DNA from: Candidatus Omnitrophota bacterium
GTDB lineage: Bacteria > Omnitrophota > Gorgyraeia > 2-02-FULL-51-18
NCBI GenBank assembly: GCA_945877765.1
Contig: CAMDWQ010000002.1
Span: 14,464-78,463, forward strand
Direction: 5' to 3'
Length of the DNA stretch: 64,000 nucleotides
A model generated the notes under the pieces. That model was not told the DNA's origin and did not search any database. It saw nothing but the letters and a program-made list of their open reading frames with translations. Made by a program: the position numbers and the translations under genes. This document shows, piece after piece, positions 56,760-64,000 of this stretch. Each line of letters opens with the position of its first letter. Position 1 is the stretch's first letter.

Positions 56760-56830
56760 GTCATCCCCGAAATATTTAATCGGGGATCATGTGTTGGGTT
56801 TGATTCCCGATAAAAACTTTCGGGAATGAC
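56760..56830 (+). repeat. Repeat copy 5
   Basis: Full double-hairpin unit between argG and argH. Confidence 0.92.
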
Positions 56831-56844
56831 AGGGAGTATTAAAA

Positions 56845-58221
56845 ATGGCAAAAAAATTATGGGGCGGGCGCTTTCGCAAGAAAATAGACCCGGATTTTGA
56901 CAAATTTAGCGCCTCGTTCCGCTGGGATCATCGGCTTAGCGGCTATGATCTGGCAATCGACGCGGCGCATGCCAAAGCTTTGAAAAAATGTGGTGTTTTG
57001 ACTTCATCAGAAGCCAAAAAAATACTTGCCGCGGTAGCGAGTTTGCAAAAAAAGGCCGCAGCGGGAACCTTAAAACTTGATAAGTCCTCCGAAGACGTGC
57101 ATTCGGCGATCCAGGCCGAATTGAAGAAAATTGCGGGTCCGGCCGCGGATAAAATTCATACGGGCCGCTCGCGCAATGACTTAGTGAGTCAGAGCAGCCG
57201 GCTTTATGTCAAAGACCATTTGGTGCGCATCGCGCGCCTTTTGACCGTTTTACAGAAAGAGATCGTCGCGAAGGCCGCGCAGTCCGAGAAGGTTCTTTTG
57301 CCCGGCATGACGCATCTTCAGCCAGCGCAGGTTCTCTCACAGGCGCATATTTTTCTATCGTACGTTGAGATGTTGGAGCGCGACCGCCTGCTTGCCGGGG
57401 GAGCCCTGAAGCTCGCCGACCTATGCGTGCTAGGTAGCGGTGCATTGGCCGGCACAACGTATGCGCTCGACCAGAAGCTGATCGCCCGCGAATTGGGCCT
57501 TTCGGCAATCACGCGCAACAGCTACGATGTTGCGGGCGACCGGGACTTCGTCGCGGCAGCACTGTATGTCACATGGTCTATTGGGACGCATCTTTCGCGT
57601 ATTGCCGAAGATCTCATGATTGGCCAGACGCGCGGTTTTATGACTGTCGATATGGACCAGGCTTTTTGCACGGGCAGTTCCATGATGCCGCAGAAAAAAA
57701 ACGCTGATTTCACCGAATTGGTACGCGGTGCCGCGGGAGTATTTGCGGGTAATTTTACGGGCATGGCAGTGACGCTTAAAGGATTGCCAACGTCGTACAA
57801 CCGCGATCTCCAGTGGGATAAAAAATATCTTTTTGAATCCGTGGAAACAGCCGAAGAAATTTTGACTATTTTTATACGCCTGATGAAAACGCTTCGAATC
57901 AACGCCCCTGCGGCAGAAAAGTTTTTAAAGGACGAGAGTTTGTATGCCACCGATCTTGCGGATTATCTGGTCGGGCGGGGCGTGCCGTTTGGGACCGCGC
58001 ATGAACAGGTAGGGAAGATTGTCAGTTTTTCAGAAGAAAAAGGGATCGCTATTTCCAAAATTGGGCTAGATCTTTTAAAACAGTTCGCGCCAAAGCTTGA
58101 GGCGGATGTTTACGATTTATTTACCCCCGAGCATTCGGTGCGAATGAAAAAAACCAGCGGCAGCACTCATCCGGCGGAGATCGCAAAACAAATTAATTTT
58201 TGGAAACATAAGTTAAAATAA
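56845..58221 (+). CDS. argH: Argininosuccinate lyase
   Basis: KLWGGRF, HTGRSRND, THLQPAQ, GSSMMPQKKN, YNRDLQ.DK. Confidence 0.97.
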   Translation: MAKKLWGGRFRKKIDPDFDKFSASFRWDHRLSGYDLAIDAAHAKALKKCGVLTSSEAKKILAAVASLQKKAAAGTLKLDKSSEDVHSAIQAELKKIAGPAADKIHTGRSRNDLVSQSSRLYVKDHLVRIARLLTVLQKEIVAKAAQSEKVLLPGMTHLQPAQVLSQAHIFLSYVEMLERDRLLAGGALKLADLCVLGSGALAGTTYALDQKLIARELGLSAITRNSYDVAGDRDFVAAALYVTWSIGTHLSRIAEDLMIGQTRGFMTVDMDQAFCTGSSMMPQKKNADFTELVRGAAGVFAGNFTGMAVTLKGLPTSYNRDLQWDKKYLFESVETAEEILTIFIRLMKTLRINAPAAEKFLKDESLYATDLADYLVGRGVPFGTAHEQVGKIVSFSEEKGIAISKIGLDLLKQFAPKLEADVYDLFTPEHSVRMKKTSGSTHPAEIAKQINFWKHKLK

Positions 58222-58223
58222 CT

Positions 58224-58286
58224 GTCATTCCCAAATTTTTTATCGGGAATCAAACTTGATCCCCGATTAAAGATTTCGGGGATGAC
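58224..58286 (-). repeat. Repeat copy 6 (inverted, shortened central spacer)
   Basis: Reverse complement reads GTCATCCCCGA..TCGGGGATCAAGTTTGATTCCCGA..GGGAATGAC. Confidence 0.9.
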
Positions 58287-58299
58287 ACTCGAGGAGTTT

Positions 58300-59565
58300 A
58301 TGCATCGATTTCATTATAAAGGCAAAGAGCTTTACGCGGAAAATGTAGCGGTCCGCAAAGTGGCTCAGGCTGTGGGGACACCTTTTTACCTCTACAGCAT
58401 CGGCACTTTTCTTGACCATTATTTCAAGCTTCAGGAAGCGTTTAAGCCGCTCAATCCCCTGATCTGTTTTTCTACCAAGGCCAACTCCAATTTGACGGTT
58501 CTCAAAGCACTCGTCAACCAGGGATCCGGTCTTGATATTGTCTCGGGCGGTGAGCTGGCACGAGCCAAAAAAGTCGGTGTGGATCCCCAGAAAATCGTGT
58601 ACGCCTCTGTCGGAAAGTCTCAAGCAGAGATTGAGGAAGCGATACGTTCCAAAATTTTAATGTTCAATGTGGAGTCTGTGCAGGAGTTGGAAGTAATCAA
58701 CGCCGCAGCTGCTAAGCTAAAAACAAGCCAGAAGATTGCCATCCGCATCAATCCGGACGTTCAGCCGCACACGCATCATTACATCACCACCGGATCCAAG
58801 GAGAATAAATTTGGGTTGGACATGGAGACCGCCTATAAGCTTTTTGTGGAGGCTTATCGCTACCCCAATTTGCAATTTGCCGGGATTCATATCCATATTG
58901 GTTCGCAAATCACCGAGTCCCGGCCATTTGTGCAAGCCATCAAAAAATGTCTTCAATTTATCGATAGCGTCAGCTACAACGGCAGTGCGGTTGAATACTT
59001 AAATATCGGCGGAGGGCTTGGCATCGTGTATTCCAAGGAAAAACCGCAGACAGCCCAGCAGTTTGCCAATGTCGTGGTGCCCCTTTTTAAAAAAAACCAG
59101 GGCCTTAAGATTGTTCTTGAGCCCGGAAGATTTATTTCGGGAAACAGCGGCATCTTGGTGACGAAGGTGATGTATGAGAAGATCGCCAAGACAAAATCTT
59201 TTTTGATTGTGGACGCGGCGATGAATGATTTGATTCGGCCGGCATTTTACGGCGCGTATCATGAAATTGTGCCGGTCACCAAGAAATCGGGAAAAAAGAA
59301 GTTTGCTCAAGCCGATATTGTGGGTCCCATTTGCGAAAGCGGCGATTTTTTGGCAAAAAATAGGAAGATGGATTCTGCCGCTGTGGGGGATCTGCTGGCC
59401 GTAATGTCATGCGGGGCTTATGGGTTTGTGATGTCGAGCAATTACAATACACGGCCGCGCGTGCCGGAGGTGGTGGTGAAGGGCGCAAAATTTTATACCG
59501 CGCGCCGACGCGAAACACTTGATGATCTTTTTCGTGTCGAAAAAATAGTCCAAGAGGTGGTTTGA
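58300..59565 (+). CDS. lysA: Diaminopimelate decarboxylase
   Basis: STKAN (PLP Lys), SGGE, HIGSQ, GGG, EPGR, GPICESGD, SSNYN; ATG 58300 after GAGGAG. Confidence 0.97.
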   Translation: MHRFHYKGKELYAENVAVRKVAQAVGTPFYLYSIGTFLDHYFKLQEAFKPLNPLICFSTKANSNLTVLKALVNQGSGLDIVSGGELARAKKVGVDPQKIVYASVGKSQAEIEEAIRSKILMFNVESVQELEVINAAAAKLKTSQKIAIRINPDVQPHTHHYITTGSKENKFGLDMETAYKLFVEAYRYPNLQFAGIHIHIGSQITESRPFVQAIKKCLQFIDSVSYNGSAVEYLNIGGGLGIVYSKEKPQTAQQFANVVVPLFKKNQGLKIVLEPGRFISGNSGILVTKVMYEKIAKTKSFLIVDAAMNDLIRPAFYGAYHEIVPVTKKSGKKKFAQADIVGPICESGDFLAKNRKMDSAAVGDLLAVMSCGAYGFVMSSNYNTRPRVPEVVVKGAKFYTARRRETLDDLFRVEKIVQEVV

Positions 59566-59568
59566 TCC

Positions 59569-60378
59569 ATGGCCAAAGAAATCTCATTCACAAAAATGGT
59601 GGGAGCTGGAAACGACTTTATCGTGATAGACAATCGCACGGGTGTTGTTGCCGCGAGATCTCGTGCCGCTAAAAAATGGTGTGACCGTAAAAATTCTATC
59701 GGCGCGGATGGTGTCCTTTTTTTAGAAAAATCTCGACAGGCCAATTTTCAGATGCGGATAGTCAATTCAGACGGCAGCGAAGCGGAAATGTGCGGAAACG
59801 GAATTCGTTGTATTGCCAAATTTGCGCAAGACCAGAAGTTGGTCGGTAAAAAATTTAAAATCCAGACGATTGCCGGTATCATTGATGTCGAAATCAAAGG
59901 GGCTATTGTGAAGGCGCGGATGGTGGATCCCAAAGACATGAAACTTAACCTCAACATTCTTTTAAATGATCAATCCGCGGCGATGAGCTTTGTGAATACC
60001 GGGGTGCCTCATGCCGTTTGTGTGGTGAAGTCTCTCAAAGCGGTTGATGTTGATGGGTTGGGACGCGCAATCCGCACGCATGATTATTTTAAGCCTCGCG
60101 GGACCAACGCCAATTTTATTCAATTTAATCTCGACCGTTCGATTGACATCCGCACGTACGAACGCGGTGTTGAGGGCGAGACGCTTTCCTGTGGCACAGG
60201 CTCTACGGCCGGCGCTTTGATTGCCGCGGCCACCAAAGATCTTCCATCGCCGGTGTTGGTTCGGACAAAAAGCGGGGAAACTTTAAAGATTTATTTTTCA
60301 AAAGAGGGGCAGAACTTCCACGATGTGTATCTGGAAGGCCCTGTTCAAAAAAGTTTCGAGGGGAGGGCGACACAATGA
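59569..60378 (+). CDS. dapF: Diaminopimelate epimerase
   Basis: [42 protein letters not shown]. Confidence 0.97.
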   Translation: MAKEISFTKMVGAGNDFIVIDNRTGVVAARSRAAKKWCDRKNSIGADGVLFLEKSRQANFQMRIVNSDGSEAEMCGNGIRCIAKFAQDQKLVGKKFKIQTIAGIIDVEIKGAIVKARMVDPKDMKLNLNILLNDQSAAMSFVNTGVPHAVCVVKSLKAVDVDGLGRAIRTHDYFKPRGTNANFIQFNLDRSIDIRTYERGVEGETLSCGTGSTAGALIAAATKDLPSPVLVRTKSGETLKIYFSKEGQNFHDVYLEGPVQKSFEGRATQ

Positions 60379-61253
60379 AGTTTCATGGAGCGATGACCGC
60401 ACTTGCCACACCGTTTAAAAATGGAAAAGTGGATGAAAAAACACTGGCTGCTTTAGTGCGCCGGCAAATCAAAGCGGGGATTGACGGACTCATTCCTGTG
60501 GGGACGACGGGCGAATCTCCCACGCTTTCGCATCTTGAGCATGAGCGCGTAATTGAGATTACGGTCGAGGCCGCTGAAAAAAAAGTCCCGGTGATTGCCG
60601 GAACAGGCTCTAACAGCACGGCAGAGGCGATTTCTTTAACCAAATTTGCAAAAAAAGCCGGCGCTTCCGCGGCACTCATTGTGACGCCTTATTACAACAA
60701 GCCGACACAGGAAGGGATTTACCGTCATTACGAGGCGATTGCCAAGGCGGTGGACATTCCAATCATTCTTTATAATATTCCAGGGCGTTCGGTGGTGAAT
60801 GTCGCTCCCGAAACGGTGGCGCGGCTCTCCAAGATTCCGACGATCGTCGCGGTTAAAGAATCCACAGGAAATATGGATCAGGCCTCGCATATTTTATCGC
60901 TTTGCGATATCACAGTTCTTTCGGGCGACGATTCGCTGACCCTGCCGCTTTTGGCTCTAGGCGCTAAGGGTGTTATTTCGGTAGCGGCCAATATTGTGCC
61001 GGAAGCGGTTTCAGAATTGGTCGATTCATTTTTTGTCGGCAATCTTTCAAAGGCGCAGGCGCTCCATCACAAACTTTTTTCGTTGTGCCGGGCTTTGTTT
61101 GTCGAAACCAACCCGATTCCAGTAAAGCGCGCGATGAAGTTGTTGGGGCTTTGCGAAGGGGACGTTCGTTTACCTCTGTGTGCCATGCAGCCGCAAAATG
61201 AAAAAATATTGATTCAGGCACTTAAGGATTTTGGTTTAAGGATAAAGGGTTAA
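60375..61253 (+). CDS. dapA: 4-hydroxy-tetrahydrodipicolinate synthase
   Basis: [34 protein letters not shown]. Confidence 0.97.
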   Translation: MKFHGAMTALATPFKNGKVDEKTLAALVRRQIKAGIDGLIPVGTTGESPTLSHLEHERVIEITVEAAEKKVPVIAGTGSNSTAEAISLTKFAKKAGASAALIVTPYYNKPTQEGIYRHYEAIAKAVDIPIILYNIPGRSVVNVAPETVARLSKIPTIVAVKESTGNMDQASHILSLCDITVLSGDDSLTLPLLALGAKGVISVAANIVPEAVSELVDSFFVGNLSKAQALHHKLFSLCRALFVETNPIPVKRAMKLLGLCEGDVRLPLCAMQPQNEKILIQALKDFGLRIKG

Positions 61254-61256
61254 TCA

Positions 61257-62051
61257 ATGATTAAAATTGCCGTCAACGGAGCTGTGGGAAGAATGGGAAG
61301 CCGCATTTTAGCGCTGGCTTCCGAAGCCCCCAAAGATTTTGAGATTGCCGGCGCTTTTGAGCATGAAAAAAGTGGTCAACGCGGACAGCGGCTTTCACTG
61401 GGCAAGCAGAGTCTCTTGGTTGAGGGAATAAACAAATCCTCTTTGAAGGGAAAGGGAGTCTTGATTGATTTTTCAGGGCCCACAGGGACGTCGGCTGCGC
61501 TTGTTCATGCAGCAAAGGCAGGCTGGGGGGTTGTGGTGGGTACGACAGGGCTTGAGCCAGCGATCCAAAAAAGCATACAAAAATTTTCACGAACAATCCC
61601 CATTGTTTATTCAGCCAACATGAGCGTTGGGGTAAACCTTATCGCAAAGCTCGTGGCGCTGGCGGCTGAAAAACTAGGCAAAGATTTTGATATCGAAATC
61701 ACAGAGGCGCACCACCGTCATAAAAAAGATGCCCCCAGTGGTACGGCGCTTCTTTTGGCCGAGGCGATTACGCGGGCAAAGGGCTGGCAGCTTGAAAAAG
61801 TGTTAAAGATGCGCAAACCCGGAAAATCTGAAACCGAGCGCTCTAACGAAGAAATCGGCATGCAGGTAATCCGAGCCGGAGAAATTGTCGGCGACCATAC
61901 CGTGCTTTTTGCAGGCCTAGCCGAAACCATCGAGATCACGCATCGCGCCCAGTCGCGCGACACGTTTGCCCGCGGCGCACTCACAGCGGCAACTTTTTTA
62001 TCCAAAAAGAAATCCGGCCTTTTCACGATGGCGGATGTCCTAGGAATTTAA
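61257..62051 (+). CDS. dapB: 4-hydroxy-tetrahydrodipicolinate reductase
   Basis: GAVGRMG, GTTG, EAHHRHKKDAPSGTA, RAGEIVGDH. Confidence 0.97.
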   Translation: MIKIAVNGAVGRMGSRILALASEAPKDFEIAGAFEHEKSGQRGQRLSLGKQSLLVEGINKSSLKGKGVLIDFSGPTGTSAALVHAAKAGWGVVVGTTGLEPAIQKSIQKFSRTIPIVYSANMSVGVNLIAKLVALAAEKLGKDFDIEITEAHHRHKKDAPSGTALLLAEAITRAKGWQLEKVLKMRKPGKSETERSNEEIGMQVIRAGEIVGDHTVLFAGLAETIEITHRAQSRDTFARGALTAATFLSKKKSGLFTMADVLGI

Positions 62052-62056
62052 ATCTA

Positions 62057-63274
62057 ATGACACATCCTTTTTTTCTTGAAGAATCTAATCGCCTGAAAGC
62101 ACTGCCTCCGTATCTTTTTCTCGAGATTGACCGCGCCAAACGGCGGGCGATTGAAAAAGGGGTCAAAGTGATTGATTTCGGCATTGGCGATCCTGATCAG
62201 CCAACACCCAAATATATTCTGGATGTCATGCAGCGCGTGGTCAAAGACCCCAAAAATCATCATTATCCTCTGGACCGCGGAAGCCACGCCTTTCGGTTGG
62301 CGGCATCCGTATGGTTAAAAAAACGATTTGGAAGCTATTTTGACCCGGACACTGAAATTTTGCCGCTCATTGGCTCGAAGGAAGGGATTGCTCATCTGCC
62401 ATTAGCCTTCATCAATCCCGGTGATGTCGTGCTGGTTCCTGATCCTTGTTATCCGCCGTACAAAAGCGGCACATTGTTTGCCGGCGGGCACGCGCATCTT
62501 ATGCCGCTGAAGGAAGAAAACGCATTTCTGCCAGATTTTGAAGCGGTCCCCGCAGAAGTTTTAAAAAAATCAAAAATAATTTTTGTAAACTACCCCAATA
62601 ATCCCACGGGTGCTGTAGCGACGCGCCCCTTTTACGAGAAGCTGGTCAAGTGGGCACACACACACAAAATCCTCATTGCCTCGGATCTGGCTTATTCGGA
62701 GGTATTTTTTACAAAAGAAAAACCGCTGAGCATTTTTGAAGTTCCGGGGGCCAGAGAGGTAGCGATTGAATTTCACTCTCTCTCAAAGACTTGTAATATG
62801 ACTGGCTGGCGGATTGGTTTTGCCGTTGGAAGAGCCGAAGCGATTTCTTCGCTCTTGCGGGTGAAATCCAACCTTGATTCGGGTGTTTTTACCGCGATAC
62901 AAATGACCGCGATTGAGGCGCTCAAAAATAGTTTTGGGTTTTCCAAGAAAACCAACATCATGTATCGCCGCCGCCGCGATCTTTTGGTGGCTGGCTTAAA
63001 AGAGCTGGGTTTCCCCATAAAACCCAATCAGGCCTCCTTTTATTTGTTTACTCGCCTTCCGGCGGGGTCAACGGATTCTACTACCTATTGTAAAAATCTT
63101 TTGGAGAAAACGGGCATTGTCGCAACGCCTGGAGTGGGCTTTGGAGCGCCGGGCGAGGGCTATATTCGTTTTACGTTGACGGTGCCAGAAGCTGAAATTC
63201 GCGAAGCCATCATACGGATGAAAAAATATTACGCAGTGTCATCCCCGAAATCTTTAATCGGGGATCATGTCTAG
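62057..63274 (+). CDS. dapL: LL-diaminopimelate aminotransferase
   Basis: LPPYLF, IGDPD, GSKEGI, NYPNNPTG, DLAYSE, SLSKTCNMTGWRIG; dap context. Confidence 0.9.
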   Translation: MTHPFFLEESNRLKALPPYLFLEIDRAKRRAIEKGVKVIDFGIGDPDQPTPKYILDVMQRVVKDPKNHHYPLDRGSHAFRLAASVWLKKRFGSYFDPDTEILPLIGSKEGIAHLPLAFINPGDVVLVPDPCYPPYKSGTLFAGGHAHLMPLKEENAFLPDFEAVPAEVLKKSKIIFVNYPNNPTGAVATRPFYEKLVKWAHTHKILIASDLAYSEVFFTKEKPLSIFEVPGAREVAIEFHSLSKTCNMTGWRIGFAVGRAEAISSLLRVKSNLDSGVFTAIQMTAIEALKNSFGFSKKTNIMYRRRRDLLVAGLKELGFPIKPNQASFYLFTRLPAGSTDSTTYCKNLLEKTGIVATPGVGFGAPGEGYIRFTLTVPEAEIREAIIRMKKYYAVSSPKSLIGDHV

Positions 63275-63307
63275 GTTTGATTCCCGATAAGTACTTTCGG
63301 GAATGAC
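63238..63307 (+). repeat. Repeat copy 7, overlapping the dapL 3' end
   Basis: Full double-hairpin unit; the dapL stop TAG (63272-63274) lies in its central spacer. Confidence 0.92.
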
Positions 63308-63345
63308 AAAGGGAGTCACAAAGGGAATGCAAATGGAAGGGTGCT

Positions 63346-63846
63346 ATGGCCATCGTTTATATAGGTGTGGGAAGCAATCTTGGGGACCGCCAGTCTAACA
63401 TTGACCGCGCTTTCGCGTTTCTTCGCGAAGACGAAGACATCGAAGTCCTGGCAATTTCAAACCTTGTGGAGACTGATTTTGAAGGGCAGGGTCCCGAACA
63501 AGGCAAATTTTTAAATGGGGCCTTTAAAATTATAACCGATCTCTTGCCTTTGGACCTTCTAAGCCGTCTCAAAGCGGTGGAAAGACGGCTCGGCCGTGTG
63601 AAGGCTCAGGGGGTAAATCTGCCGCGTACGCTGGATCTGGATATTCTTTTCTATGATGACGTGGTGATTGTGGACGGAAAGACTCTTCAGATTCCACATC
63701 CAAGGCTCGAGGAACGTCTCTTTGTCCTGGATCCATTGGCCCAAATAGCTCCGGATCTTGTTCATCCACGCAGCGGCAAGACGATACAAGATCTTCACCG
63801 GGACCTTTTACATCATGCAAGTTCTCTCAAGCCCCAAAACTCTTAA
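63346..63846 (+). CDS. folK: 2-amino-4-hydroxy-6-hydroxymethyldihydropteridine diphosphokinase
   Basis: [37 protein letters not shown]. Confidence 0.96.
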   Translation: MAIVYIGVGSNLGDRQSNIDRAFAFLREDEDIEVLAISNLVETDFEGQGPEQGKFLNGAFKIITDLLPLDLLSRLKAVERRLGRVKAQGVNLPRTLDLDILFYDDVVIVDGKTLQIPHPRLEERLFVLDPLAQIAPDLVHPRSGKTIQDLHRDLLHHASSLKPQNS

Positions 63847-64000
63847 AAAACTCGTCGCTCTCCTTCGTAAAAAAAATAAGTCGATTGGGTTTGTTCCCAC
63901 GATGGGTTCTTTGCATGAGGGCCATCTGACGCTCGCGAAGAAATCTATCCAAGAGAATAATTTTACAATTGCCAGTATTTTTGTAAATCCGCTGCAGTTT
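63815..64000 (+). CDS. panC: Pantoate-beta-alanine ligase, 3' end outside window (absent from the ORF track)
   Basis: Manual translation from ATG 63815: MQVLSS...[17 protein letters not shown]...[10 protein letters not shown]. Confidence 0.93.
   Translation, partial: MQVLSSPKTLKKLVALLRKKNKSIGFVPTMGSLHEGHLTLAKKSIQENNFTIASIFVNPLQF

Overview
Bacterial chromosomal window, almost all on the + strand. Gene order and protein style suggest Omnitrophota (OP3, PVC group); this is an inference, not a search result. From left to right: (1) a type IV pilus/type II secretion-like cluster with a secretin, PilB/GspE, PilC/GspF and six pilin-like proteins, followed by an exported phage-tail-fibre-like protein with an S74 chaperone domain and a PilZ protein; (2) xth, a MazG-like gene, yebC-ruvCAB-spoIID-queA; (3) a wzm/wzt plus glycosyltransferase block and a DUF4438 gene lying between queA and tgt; (4) tgt-yajC-secDF-recJ, rpmB, recG, rsmD; (5) a 1804-aa exported protein cut into modules by seven copies of a (G/A)ARL(A/S) peptide, with a TIKI/EreA/ChaN-like N-terminal domain. 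This is the strongest candidate for an undescribed system, possibly a self-processing modular effector polyprotein; (6) sdhCAB, mqnD, acsA, small hypothetical genes, rplM-rpsI; (7) an argCJBDFGH-lysA-dapFABL-folK-panC super-operon punctuated by seven copies of a double-hairpin repeat. Two further branched palindromic elements lie at 25.5 kb and 46.2 kb. No rRNA, tRNA, CRISPR array, transposase or integrase was recognised.
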